From a virus (lineage: Duplodnaviria; Caudoviricetes): a DNA stretch of 64,000 nt. This document shows positions 9,665 through 19,193 of this stretch, piece after piece; within the stretch, counting starts at the first letter, position 1; each line of letters opens with the position of its first letter. The stretch lies in IMG/VR virus record IMGVR_UViG_3300027566_000003, one strand, 5' to 3'. The notes under the pieces were generated by a model, which saw only the letters and a list, made by a program, of their open reading frames with translations, ran no database searches and was not told where the DNA came from. Both the position numbers and the translations under genes were made by a program.

Positions 9665-9850
9665 TTGGAAAATGATTCAGTAGATAAATATGTTTATTTG
9701 TATGATCTTGTTCAAGTACAGTTTTATATTTCAAAAGGAAAAATGGTTAAAGACGTTGGAGTACACTACGCAACTAAAAAGATGTGGCATAAATTTGATA
9801 GAAAAGATACCGCAGATGTTTACGAACTGTGGAAAAATTATCAAAGATAA
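9665..9850 (+). CDS. Small hypothetical protein
   Basis: AGGAGGTGA RBS, TTG start, 61 aa. Confidence 0.5.
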   Translation: MENDSVDKYVYLYDLVQVQFYISKGKMVKDVGVHYATKKMWHKFDRKDTADVYELWKNYQR

Positions 9851-9907
9851 ATTCAATATTTAAGTACTTAATAAAGAAATAAAATTAAAGAAAGAAGGAA
9901 TAATAAA

Positions 9908-11035
9908 ATGGAAAATAATAATAATGATTTAATTGTATTTACGGGAGAATTAGGAAAGTTTAGAATGGCAAATATCAATGGGAAAGATTATTTTGTTGCA
10001 AAAGATATTGCAAGTTCATTAGGATATAGTAATCCAAGAGACGCTATTAGTAGGCATTGCAAGGGTGTCGTGAAACACGACAGCTTTAAAGATGGAGGAA
10101 ATATGGTATCTTTAATTCCTGAAGGTGATGTTTATCGTCTTGTGGCAAGGTCTAAGCTTCCAAATGCGGATAAATTTGAATCTTGGATCTTTGATGATGT
10201 AATTCCTTCTATAAATAAAAATGGTGCTTATGTATCTCCAAATATTACTGAAAAACAAGAAGAACAATTAGATAAATACTCTACAAATAAGAAAATTAGG
10301 AACACATTTAATTCTTGCAATATCGAATCAATAGAGCAAGAATTTAAAGAGTGTATGATATATCACAAAAACAAAGATGGCAAAGGTAAAAATGGTATTC
10401 AAAATACTGTAATTAATGCCTTAAACAATAGGAAACAAACATTAATAGATAGTGGTAAAGGATCTTTTGCTTTAGTTTTAGCAGAAGTAATTACTACTAT
10501 TGGAAAGAAGCAACTTGAAACAAATAATAAAAGCAAAAGTCAAATTATATCACATAAAAATAAAATCATAGATAAGCAATTGCAGATTATTGACGAAAAA
10601 GATGAAGAGTTAAATAGTTTAGCAAATACAATCGCAATATTGAATCCTTCATTATCGGAATACATGTGCATAAATTCTCATGGAATGTCTGAAAATTACC
10701 TCTACGAAAAAGTTGTTAGTGATTACACAGGGAAATTTATCACAGTAAAAACAAATACATATAAAAATTGGATTAAGAATTTTCCATCGCAACAATTAAT
10801 CCCAAAAAGTGAGTTGAATATAGATTGGAGCAAACCAATTATAGTTTATATAAAATTTGATTGTCTAGCAAGATTTGATAAGCAAAATCTATTAAAAAGT
10901 GCTTTCGACCAAATTATTACGAGGGAATACGGTGAAGACGATTGCATAATTGATAAAATAATTGTGGAAAAGAATTTAGAAGTCGATAATTATAAAGATG
11001 GTAAGATTTATTGCTATATTAGAAATGTAGATTAA
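9908..11035 (+). CDS. Bro-N antirepressor-like protein fused to a C-terminal RusA-like domain
   Basis: FVAKDIA..LGY.NP..AI..HCK, IPEGDVYRL..RSKLP.A.KFE.W (Bro-N). C-terminal RFDKQNLLKSAFDQ...EDDCII resembles RusA RRDLDNLQKAAFDAL...LDDAQV. Confidence 0.75.
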   Translation: MENNNNDLIVFTGELGKFRMANINGKDYFVAKDIASSLGYSNPRDAISRHCKGVVKHDSFKDGGNMVSLIPEGDVYRLVARSKLPNADKFESWIFDDVIPSINKNGAYVSPNITEKQEEQLDKYSTNKKIRNTFNSCNIESIEQEFKECMIYHKNKDGKGKNGIQNTVINALNNRKQTLIDSGKGSFALVLAEVITTIGKKQLETNNKSKSQIISHKNKIIDKQLQIIDEKDEELNSLANTIAILNPSLSEYMCINSHGMSENYLYEKVVSDYTGKFITVKTNTYKNWIKNFPSQQLIPKSELNIDWSKPIIVYIKFDCLARFDKQNLLKSAFDQIITREYGEDDCIIDKIIVEKNLEVDNYKDGKIYCYIRNVD

Positions 11036-11065
11036 TAATATATAAATAATATTATCATGTTAACT

Positions 11066-11102
11066 AGGGGGTTGTCCAATATAATTTGGATGACCTCTTA
11101 TT
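11066..11102 (+). terminator. Terminator hairpin
   Basis: GGGGTTGTCCAA/TTGGATGACCTC pairs fully with G-U wobbles. Confidence 0.6.
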
Positions 11103-11159
11103 GGGTTAAATTGTGGCACATATTATTAGAGAGAATAATTATAAAAAAGGAATGATTTT

Positions 11160-11366
11160 ATGACAAATCAAACATTAGAAAGCAACAAATCAGAACTCAA
11201 AACCTTCTATGTCAAATCAATGAAATTAGCTGGATACCTCATGATGAAAGGATTTGTCTTACATGGAGTAAAACCAGAAGAAAATTCTAATAGAAATCTA
11301 TTTCTTTTTACAAATAGTCCTCAATTATTAAAAGCAATTGAACAATATAAGCAGATTAAGAAGTAA
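11160..11366 (+). CDS. DUF5659-like small protein
   Basis: SMKLAGYLMMKGF...LFLF.NSPQL..AIEQY pattern, typically found beside phage/plasmid rep genes. Confidence 0.5.
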   Translation: MTNQTLESNKSELKTFYVKSMKLAGYLMMKGFVLHGVKPEENSNRNLFLFTNSPQLLKAIEQYKQIKK

Positions 11367-11371
11367 AAATA

Positions 11372-11504
11372 TTGAACTACATAAATAGTGTAGTTAAAAC
11401 TTAGTTACTTATCCATAATGACAGTAAAAATATTTGACTACCACTTTTATGTAGTTCAATACTTACAATTTACTGTATTTGACTACACAAAACAGGTAGT
11501 CAAA
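11372..11504. repeat. Three 27-bp palindromic operators/iterons; putative replication origin
   Basis: TTGAACTAC-N9-GTAGTTAAA (11372-11398), TTTGACTAC-N9-GTAGTTCAA (11433-11459), TTTGACTAC-N9-GTAGTCAAA (11478-11504). DnaA-box-like TTATCCATA at 11409-11417. Confidence 0.65.
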
Positions 11505-11629
11505 TGAGGTGTAATAAGAGTAACTAAGTAATAATAAGAGAGAATAAAATACTCATGTACGCTAAAGCGATACATATTTTTCTCTTCTAATGATTTTATA
11601 AACAAATTAAAGAAAGAGGGTTTTAACAA

Positions 11630-12970
11630 ATGACAGAAAAACAAACATTAAATAATAAAGGTATATTTTGCAAACTACCAAATGAATTATTCTATTTCTC
11701 TGAAAAGAGTCAAGACTCAGACCCAAAGAAAAGGAAGTTTAGTATCTTGGAAAATACAAAATCTGACAAAGGTAAATTTAATTATAAATCTTTATTCATT
11801 TTAGATTTTATTTACATGAATAAGAATATGAGAAATATCACAAATTTCTACCTTAAAGATATGATTATTGATTGTGGTTATAAATACAATACTAGAACTG
11901 GTGAATCAGTTGACCAATTTAAACAAATATTATTCAAACTGCAAAAGTTAAAATTAATAAGTTGTAATATTAATTTTATGGATGTAAAAGTTAATGAAAG
12001 GATATCATGCACATTAGATATTGATTTAGATAATCAATTCTTTATGCTTTATGATTGTGATAAAGAGAAAATACTTAATCAAACTATAGATAAAACTGAT
12101 AACATGAATCTTCTTATTTATTTTTGCTACTTGACTTGTAAAATGTATAAGCGTCCAAAAGGTGATGAGGTTGAAAAATCAGGTGGTAGAACAGAGGTAT
12201 GTTGGCCTCCCTATAAAACAATCAATAAAGAATTAGGTCTTGTAGATGATTCGATTAATAAATACAATAAGATATTAGTGGGGTTGGATTTAATAAGAAT
12301 CGATAATGCAGGTTTATGGTATTACAAAGATGATATTAATAAATCTCTTAAAGAGAGTTGTAATATTTATACTTTATTTACTAACGAAGAAGAATCTAGT
12401 CATAATCTTAAAGAAGGTATTAAATATTGGAAGAAATTAGATACAAATCAGAATAAAATATTCAAAGGTACTAGAGAGTATGAGAATAATAACCGTAAAT
12501 TAAATGGAGAATTAGGTTCTATTATTAAAAAAGAAAATTTGGGTACTGCTACAGCCGAAGATATTATTAGAAAAGGTGAAATATTAGCATCAACAAAACC
12601 TGATGAAGAGAAATATAAAATTATGTCAATATTAGATTCTAATCCTAATGAATTATTATCTAGTATATTTGAGAGTAAGAATATTGATATTTCTGATAAG
12701 TATTATGATTTAGAAGATTCATTAGGATTAATGGATGGAGAAAATTTAGCAGATGGTATCAAATATGATGATTATAAATGGGTAATGATTAATTATAAAG
12801 AGAATGAGCATCAAAAGTTTGTAGATTATGTTGTTAAGAAAAAGACAGATGTATTTGATATCATAGATAATCGTTCTATCACAGAGATTAAAGGTAAGGG
12901 GTTACAGAATCATAAGAAGAAAGTTGTTGTAGAGGAAGTTATTATGGATATGGACGTTAAACTTAAATAA
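11630..12970 (+). CDS. Putative replication initiator (Rep-like, winged-HTH)
   Basis: VCWPPYKTINKELGL..DSINKYNKILVGLDLI resembles the wHTH of phage/plasmid initiators; lies directly downstream of the palindromic repeats. Confidence 0.55.
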   Translation: MTEKQTLNNKGIFCKLPNELFYFSEKSQDSDPKKRKFSILENTKSDKGKFNYKSLFILDFIYMNKNMRNITNFYLKDMIIDCGYKYNTRTGESVDQFKQILFKLQKLKLISCNINFMDVKVNERISCTLDIDLDNQFFMLYDCDKEKILNQTIDKTDNMNLLIYFCYLTCKMYKRPKGDEVEKSGGRTEVCWPPYKTINKELGLVDDSINKYNKILVGLDLIRIDNAGLWYYKDDINKSLKESCNIYTLFTNEEESSHNLKEGIKYWKKLDTNQNKIFKGTREYENNNRKLNGELGSIIKKENLGTATAEDIIRKGEILASTKPDEEKYKIMSILDSNPNELLSSIFESKNIDISDKYYDLEDSLGLMDGENLADGIKYDDYKWVMINYKENEHQKFVDYVVKKKTDVFDIIDNRSITEIKGKGLQNHKKKVVVEEVIMDMDVKLK

Positions 12971-13133
12971 AATATATTTGAGGATTGGTTTGAAGAGGAT
13001 AATGAACACAATTATGAAATGACCGAAGATGATATTCAAATAATGTATGAGATAGATGAATTGAATAGATCGATGATTCCCGATGAGGTTTTGAGAATTA
13101 TTGAACAGCAAGATAATAACTAATAGTAGTATT

Positions 13134-13182
13134 ATAAGGAATAATAATCTTATTAATTTAAGATTATTATTCCTTATTTTTT
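13134..13182. terminator. Bidirectional terminator between convergent genes
   Basis: Perfect 19-bp stem ATAAGGAATAATAATCTTA/TAAGATTATTATTCCTTAT. Confidence 0.8.
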
Positions 13183-13187
13183 CGTTT

Positions 13188-14744
13188 TTATTTATTAGAT
13201 GTTTCTTCCTCTTTAATATTATTAATTGTATAATCTAAACCAAACTCAACATAATTGCCTAATACCTTTCTTACATAATTTTGGGTAGTAGTTCCCGAAA
13301 CTATCTTTCCATCACCTCTGAAGATTTTATTCTTCCACAAAGGGCAATCTGGTTGAAGAACATTCCCTTCCCACCCATCAATTTTGATAGTGTTTTTAAA
13401 TGTCATTAATTTAGATTCCCAATCTTCTTTTCCATACAGTCTAGCACTCGCAGAGATATAACCATGAAACATTAGTAATTCTAGAATTAGATTATCTTGA
13501 TTACGCGCTTTTTCTCTTTCTTCTAATGACATATTTCCAAAGTAATCAGGATACATACTAATTAGTTTATTAAAGAATGCAACTAAATGTTTGGTAATGG
13601 AATCGACTGAATCCTCTGTTGAAATCTTATAACTCTTTTTAATTGCATCATCTAAGGTTGAGAATGTTACTATATGATTAGTTTTCTTTGTTGATGTTTT
13701 ATCAATTTCCACTTTATTACGCAATACGCTTGTTAAAAGTGACCTTACAATCATATTGGAATAATCATCAATATCAAGATACTTAACCTTTGAAGAAGAA
13801 ATTTTAGTTGGAGTAGCACCGTATTCAGAGAACAAAATTCCGGCTTTTGGCTCCGGCATGCGTTCTATTGCTACGATGAAGTTATACTCCCAAGGACTAG
13901 GAAGGGATTTGTTTTTCTCCCATTTCCGTAACCAGTATTGACTTGTATAAATACGATGCCACCCATCAACCGCATCAAGATATCCTGTACCAGTTAGTGT
14001 GTTATTATTATCTTCGTCAAATTCAATTTCGTTTATAATATTTCCATTTTCATTTTTTAGAATTCTTGCGTTTAAAGTAATCAACATGCCGTTCAGCTCA
14101 CCAGAAATTAGTTTGGAGTAAATTTGTCTTATCTTTGATGTGCTAATTTTTGGTGTAAACCCCTTCGCTTTTTTGACTAATCCTCTCTGTGTATTTTTGT
14201 TGTAAAAAATTTGCCCTTCGTTTGCCATGGTAGCAAGTAATCCTGCTGACATATGGCAAGAATATTTTTTTACTTGTTTGTTGATAAAAAGTGGTTTAAC
14301 ATCTTCAATTTCCCATTCTACTAAATCATTTTCTTTATTCTTCTCCCCCTTCGTCTCATCTTTTTCATTTTTATCACTTATATTACTCATCGAAGGAAAA
14401 TCTCCTTTATCATCATTATTATCACCTTTATCATTTACCAAATCTAAATTACCCATCTTCAAACTAGCCTCCGCTCCCAATTTTTCCATATCCTCTTCGC
14501 TCATATCTTTATAAACATTAACACCATTTACCATTTTCATCCCCATATCACTATCTCCTTTCAAATTATCGTTCCCATTATCAGTAATTTCCTTTAAACC
14601 CTCAATATCGTCTAAACTATACTGTACAATATTTTTATCATCCCAAGGTTCGTCTATTGGTGTCTTGCTCATATTATGCTCATCTTCCTTTTGTTGTGTT
14701 TGTTGTGTTTGTGGTTCCAATCTCCTAACTAATTTTAGTTTCAA
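13188..14744 (-). CDS. DGQHR/DndB-like (ParB/Srx superfamily) protein with an acidic N-terminal region
   Basis: YNKNTQRG, ITLNAR and LDAVDGWHRI motifs; Asp/Glu/Lys-rich N-terminal ~140 aa. Confidence 0.6.
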   Translation of the reverse strand: MKLKLVRRLEPQTQQTQQKEDEHNMSKTPIDEPWDDKNIVQYSLDDIEGLKEITDNGNDNLKGDSDMGMKMVNGVNVYKDMSEEDMEKLGAEASLKMGNLDLVNDKGDNNDDKGDFPSMSNISDKNEKDETKGEKNKENDLVEWEIEDVKPLFINKQVKKYSCHMSAGLLATMANEGQIFYNKNTQRGLVKKAKGFTPKISTSKIRQIYSKLISGELNGMLITLNARILKNENGNIINEIEFDEDNNNTLTGTGYLDAVDGWHRIYTSQYWLRKWEKNKSLPSPWEYNFIVAIERMPEPKAGILFSEYGATPTKISSSKVKYLDIDDYSNMIVRSLLTSVLRNKVEIDKTSTKKTNHIVTFSTLDDAIKKSYKISTEDSVDSITKHLVAFFNKLISMYPDYFGNMSLEEREKARNQDNLILELLMFHGYISASARLYGKEDWESKLMTFKNTIKIDGWEGNVLQPDCPLWKNKIFRGDGKIVSGTTTQNYVRKVLGNYVEFGLDYTINNIKEEETSNK

Positions 14745-14836
14745 CTTAAAACGCTCCTTTTCATTATCTTATCATATATTTATTACCAAACACAATTAAA
14801 AATAACCACAAAATATAAGAAATTTTAAAAATAAAC

Positions 14837-14865
14837 AAAAAAGAGTGAACCTGTCACTCTCTTAA
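14837..14865 (-). terminator. Terminator closing the transfer-like operon
   Basis: Minus strand GAGAGTGA-CAGGT-TCACTCTT followed by a T run. Confidence 0.7.
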
Positions 14866-15030
14866 TCAATAGGTAACCCCTTTTTCTCTTAAAAATTCTT
14901 CTTCAGCAACTAAAATTGCTTTAATAATACCCTCATCTATATTCACTCTATTAGAAATAAACTCAATCATTTCGTCAACATCAATTGATGGTTTACTAAA
15001 ACCACTAATTAAATTACTTACAAATCCCAT
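14866..15030 (-). CDS. Small acidic hypothetical protein (54 aa), last gene of the transfer-like operon
   Basis: MGFVSNLISG...EEEFLREKGVTY with an upstream GGAGA/GGGTGA RBS; below the ORF-track cutoff. Confidence 0.5.
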   Translation of the reverse strand: MGFVSNLISGFSKPSIDVDEMIEFISNRVNIDEGIIKAILVAEEEFLREKGVTY

Positions 15031-15043
15031 TCACCCACATCTC

Positions 15044-15808
15044 CTATATCTTCCAGATAACAATATCTTTAATTAATCTGATCCTTTTCATATTAGGATA
15101 TCTAGTCCAAATATAAAAATTTTCTCTCAATTCTTCGACTTTAGCAATATTAACTTTCTTATCTAAACTAATCAGTCTATTAAATCCTCTTTCATTCGCC
15201 AACCAAAATAATTGAGGGAATCCCTTTACTTTCATAGACGCCTTCTCATAAACATTAATCTTATCCTTCAATTGTTTCTTGCTTTCTGTTCCAGCATCTA
15301 TCTCAAATAATAAAGTAGTATCTACATTTCCTTTCTCTAAGATAGCTAAAATATCAGACCTAAAGATATATTCTTTCTTTTCTTCTCTGTCTACAAATTT
15401 ATATACAAATTCAGGTTTATATTGTTTGACAATAATTTGATTAAGTCTTTGCTCACGAAACAATAAGGCATAAATCTCATTTACTAATAATTGATGAGTA
15501 TAATCAGATGGTAATCTTGATATATAAGTTCCACCTGCTTCACATAATAACTTTCCAGCAGTAATCAAGAACTCACCATTTAAGGTAATAGGAGTTCTAT
15601 TAATAAATCCTAGTTTTTCAATTTTAGCTAATCTACGATTACATATATTTAAACTTTGTTTAGTAGGGAAAAACATAATTTGAATTTGACTTCTAGATAT
15701 AATTTGCAAATCTCTTACTGTTTTAATTATCTCTAAATCTCGGTCTGTTAAATCTCGGTACTTTTGCCCCAAAATCAACTTCTTCAACATTAAATCTTTG
15801 TTGTTCAT
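15044..15808 (-). CDS. Replication-relaxation (Replic_Relax / MOBC-like) relaxase-family protein
   Basis: LTDRD..I.......SRSQI..MFF....CNRRL.K (wHTH); HQL.VNE; RSD...EID.GTES..QL..K...Y (PD-(D/E)xK-like). Confidence 0.8.
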   Translation of the reverse strand: MNNKDLMLKKLILGQKYRDLTDRDLEIIKTVRDLQIISRSQIQIMFFPTKQSLNICNRRLAKIEKLGFINRTPITLNGEFLITAGKLLCEAGGTYISRLPSDYTHQLLVNEIYALLFREQRLNQIIVKQYKPEFVYKFVDREEKKEYIFRSDILAILEKGNVDTTLLFEIDAGTESKKQLKDKINVYEKASMKVKGFPQLFWLANERGFNRLISLDKKVNIAKVEELRENFYIWTRYPNMKRIRLIKDIVIWKI

Positions 15809-17426
15809 TATTGTTTACCTCCATTGAGAAGTCTGGTTCTGGTACATAATCTGATTCTAAAATTTCTTCCATGATTTCATCTATATAACGTAAATATTTT
15901 TGACTATTTTCTATGATTATATCAGGTATTTTCTTTCGTATATGTTTTGCAGGAGGATCACATTTAATAATAGATACACTCTTTTCACTTTTATATAAGA
16001 ATCTACATAACGCATGATATTTTGGTAAATTAAGAAGAGAGAATCTAACTTGCATATCTTTATCTTCGTCACCAGTTTCAAATTCTTTGTATAAGGTTTG
16101 TGCTCCACCCCGCCCTATGGCAAATGATATAATTTGAGGATTAACTTCCAGCATCATTCTAATAACTGATTGTAATTGCGTTTGCTCTGGAGATTGGAAG
16201 AAGAAATGAAGTCCAAACCTGTACTTCCTCATTTCTGTGAGCATTTCTTCTATCCCTGCTTCATTAGATAGGTACATTTGAGGTTCATCTAGAAAGGCGA
16301 AGAAAGGTCTTCTTAAATTAGTATTTGTTGTGTCAAATCTTGACAATGCTGCAATCCAAAATTTTGAAAGAATCAAAGGTATTAGAATTTCAATATTAAC
16401 TTTCCCAACTGCAACTTTTGGTGCTTTGATTAATAATATTTTTCCACTATCCATAATTTCTCTGAAATCAATAGTTGATTTATTTTGGCATATAATAGAT
16501 TTTAAATAATCATTGTTAGTTAGATTGCCAACTTTATTTAATAAAGGTTTAACTATATCTCTTTTAACTGAAGGGGATTGCGCTTCAAATCTATCCCAAT
16601 ATCTAACTATAGAATTATTTCTTTTATTTTTTCTTAAAGATGTTAATATTTGTTCACGATAATCAGATTCAGTTAACATTTTGATAATTCCTAATAATGT
16701 CTTAGGATAATCAGTTTGTTTTAATATTGCATTAAGTGAGTTTGATAAAAGGTCTTCACTTGCAAATCCAATTTGTTCCCCAAATCTTTTCTTAAAGAAT
16801 GAGATAATTTCTGCGTGAATAAAGTGAGGGAATTGCTTTTCAACTTTTTCATCAAATTCTAAGAGGTTAATACCCGGAAGGAAATTCTTATTTGAAAAGT
16901 CTAATAATACAACATCTTCTAATCTATGGTCAGGAAGAGTCATTAAAATATTATCAATTAATGCTCCGTCTGCAACATCAACAACACAAAATCCTGCTGT
17001 ATTGAAATTTGGTAAATTATTAATTTTAGCAATTTGGATAGAAATACTTTCCGCTAAATTTGATTTGCCACTGCCGGGAGCACCAACATATATAAAGTTT
17101 TTACATAAATCATCAAAATGATCTATAGGATAATTAAGAATATTTTTAGTGTTAAAATCTTTGCCAACAATTATTCCATTGCCTCTAAGAAGGAATTTAC
17201 TTGGAGTAAGGGCAACTTTTTCATTTAGCATATTTTTATTACTTTCAAATTTCAAATCAGGCAATTTATAGTCTGGAACGCTTAATCCAAAAACGCCATT
17301 AGATACAAGTTGAACAGCATAACCTAAACTACCCAAAACAAATTTTCCACTATAAAGAGCAGAGTATTTTCCAGATTTAATTATAGCATCTTTAATCTTT
17401 TCAATTTTTTCACCCACTATATCCAA
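15723..17426 (-). CDS. VirD4/TraD-like type IV coupling ATPase
   Basis: Walker A GAPGSGKS; VVD.ADG; all-alpha insert; L.NKVG; IDFREIMDSGKILL; Walker B FLDEPQ; EMRKY..G..F..QS. Confidence 0.8.
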   Translation of the reverse strand: MDIVGEKIEKIKDAIIKSGKYSALYSGKFVLGSLGYAVQLVSNGVFGLSVPDYKLPDLKFESNKNMLNEKVALTPSKFLLRGNGIIVGKDFNTKNILNYPIDHFDDLCKNFIYVGAPGSGKSNLAESISIQIAKINNLPNFNTAGFCVVDVADGALIDNILMTLPDHRLEDVVLLDFSNKNFLPGINLLEFDEKVEKQFPHFIHAEIISFFKKRFGEQIGFASEDLLSNSLNAILKQTDYPKTLLGIIKMLTESDYREQILTSLRKNKRNNSIVRYWDRFEAQSPSVKRDIVKPLLNKVGNLTNNDYLKSIICQNKSTIDFREIMDSGKILLIKAPKVAVGKVNIEILIPLILSKFWIAALSRFDTTNTNLRRPFFAFLDEPQMYLSNEAGIEEMLTEMRKYRFGLHFFFQSPEQTQLQSVIRMMLEVNPQIISFAIGRGGAQTLYKEFETGDEDKDMQVRFSLLNLPKYHALCRFLYKSEKSVSIIKCDPPAKHIRKKIPDIIIENSQKYLRYIDEIMEEILESDYVPEPDFSMEVNNNEQQRFNVEEVDFGAKVPRFNRPRFRDN

Positions 17427-18918
17427 CCCCTTTCATCTCCTCATAATTGGTATTAAATAATAGATATTCATCATTGCTAAATATTGGCCTAAAGGCATAT
17501 TGTTGATTCCCTATAGTCATCCAACCTTGGCCTTTTTCTATTTGAGAAAGATATTCGATTATATGTGAAGGAATATTCATATAATCATTAATCTGTTGAA
17601 GTTCTAAAGAAGTTAAATGAAGTATTAAAGTATTAGCACAATTTTTAATAATAAGCTCTATATCTTCTTTAGATGTGTCAGAGATGTTTTGAGTACAGAC
17701 AAAAATCCCCACACCCTTCTTGCGATATCCTTTAGCAATAGCAACAACCCTTTTGATAACTGTATCAGTTTTTAAAATATCCCATGCTTCGTCTATGACA
17801 ATCAAACAATCTTTAAAATCTGTATCTAAAAGAAACTTTTCAAAATCTTTAGAAATAATGATTATATTCTTAGAAGATAAGTTTGCATATTCTCCAGTAA
17901 TATCCAATATATAAATTTTCTTATGGTCTGATATTTTTTTGATTATTGACTTAACAGCGAACGATTTGCCACTTCCTGAAATTCCAAAGATAAACCATGA
18001 TTGATTAAATTGTTCAGCAAAATTAATCTTGATTAGTTGATGGTTTTGATAATCATATCCAATAGTGATGCCATCTTTAGAAACATATCTAATAAAAGGA
18101 TAGAAATTACTGATTATACTTGTCAAAAAAGGTTTTAAGTTTTGCACATAATCAATTTCTTTATATGCTCTAAAATTTTTAAAGTAATTAAAGTGTTCGC
18201 AATTAGTAAACTTAAATCTAATTTGCATACCATCTAAAAGCATAGATATTTGTTTTGTTTTTATCTCCAATGATTCAAGAGTCTGCCCTTTAATTAAAAT
18301 ATAAAATCCAATCATACAAAGTTTTTCTTCATTCCCCATTAAATCAACCATTGTTTTTTGCAGTTTATCAACAATTTCATCTTCTACAAAGAATTCTTGA
18401 TTTGGAGTCTTAGAAGCTTTCCAATTGACATTTGCTTCAGTAATATCTAATCTCTTTTTAATAGTCCTTATAGCCTCATCTTGTGGCAATGGGAAGATTG
18501 TAAGAGCAATCTCGGTATCAGGAATCATTAAAGTATTAATAAATCCAATCTGAAGCATTTGAGGAAATTGGACAATTTTAACAGATTTAGCAAAGTATTT
18601 TTCTCCATTTTCAATAATAGAGATATAATTTCTATGCTCTTTGATTTGAATATTATTTGGAATAGGACATTTGTTTTGAGTGTATTCTATTCCTGAATTT
18701 CGTAAATTTTCATATATATTAGCATTAGTAATCAAGTAATAATAAGGTTCATTGATGTTAGTATCCTTATTAATTTGATTTAATTCTGTTTTACATATTA
18801 ATCTAGATGGTTCATTTAGAGAATTTAATAGATATTTAAACTTGAACCGCAATATTTTCTGTCCGTCTTTTGTTTCTAAAAGATAGTTTGCTCTTGGGTA
18901 TAGGCTGTATTGAAACAT
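17410..18918 (-). CDS. VirB4-like ATPase (compact)
   Basis: Walker A GISGSGKS, LDITGEY, Walker B VIDEAW, RKKG....TQ; N-terminal region resembles Gram-positive VirB4/TrsE; follows a PrgI gene. Confidence 0.75.
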   Translation of the reverse strand: MFQYSLYPRANYLLETKDGQKILRFKFKYLLNSLNEPSRLICKTELNQINKDTNINEPYYYLITNANIYENLRNSGIEYTQNKCPIPNNIQIKEHRNYISIIENGEKYFAKSVKIVQFPQMLQIGFINTLMIPDTEIALTIFPLPQDEAIRTIKKRLDITEANVNWKASKTPNQEFFVEDEIVDKLQKTMVDLMGNEEKLCMIGFYILIKGQTLESLEIKTKQISMLLDGMQIRFKFTNCEHFNYFKNFRAYKEIDYVQNLKPFLTSIISNFYPFIRYVSKDGITIGYDYQNHQLIKINFAEQFNQSWFIFGISGSGKSFAVKSIIKKISDHKKIYILDITGEYANLSSKNIIIISKDFEKFLLDTDFKDCLIVIDEAWDILKTDTVIKRVVAIAKGYRKKGVGIFVCTQNISDTSKEDIELIIKNCANTLILHLTSLELQQINDYMNIPSHIIEYLSQIEKGQGWMTIGNQQYAFRPIFSNDEYLLFNTNYEEMKGVGYSG

Positions 18919-19186
18919 TTTGTTTGGTCACTCCTCTCCATTGAAATTTAAAAAAGGACAATATCCCATAATCAATATCAGTTTTAGTGAGTATAGCAGT
19001 AGGAATTCCAATATTAGGGATGATTAGTATTTTTGCTACTAAAGGCAGAGAAGTAATATTAAATACTAATAAACCAATTGCAATTCCACCTACAAGATAA
19101 ATTGTTTGTTTACCTGAAAGTCCATAAAACATTTCATCTTTCATCTCAATAATTTGATTAGTGTCAAACATTTCCGTAACAAACAT
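18836..19186 (-). CDS. PrgI / VirB3-like membrane protein
   Basis: E.KDE.FYGLS.KQ.IYL followed by two TM helices; immediately upstream of VirB4. Confidence 0.65.
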   Translation of the reverse strand: MFVTEMFDTNQIIEMKDEMFYGLSGKQTIYLVGGIAIGLLVFNITSLPLVAKILIIPNIGIPTAILTKTDIDYGILSFFKFQWRGVTKQNVSIQPIPKSKLSFRNKRRTENIAVQV

Positions 19187-19193
19187 TTAATAA

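Noticed and set aside
11372-11504. Possible mini CRISPR array
   Set aside because: Only three units, alternating orientation, gaps of 34 and 18 nt, and no cas genes; fits operators/iterons better.
12968-12970. Genome-wide stop-codon reassignment
   Set aside because: Most well-supported genes end in TAA, and TAG/TGA also act as stops; the open frame after rep is a local feature.
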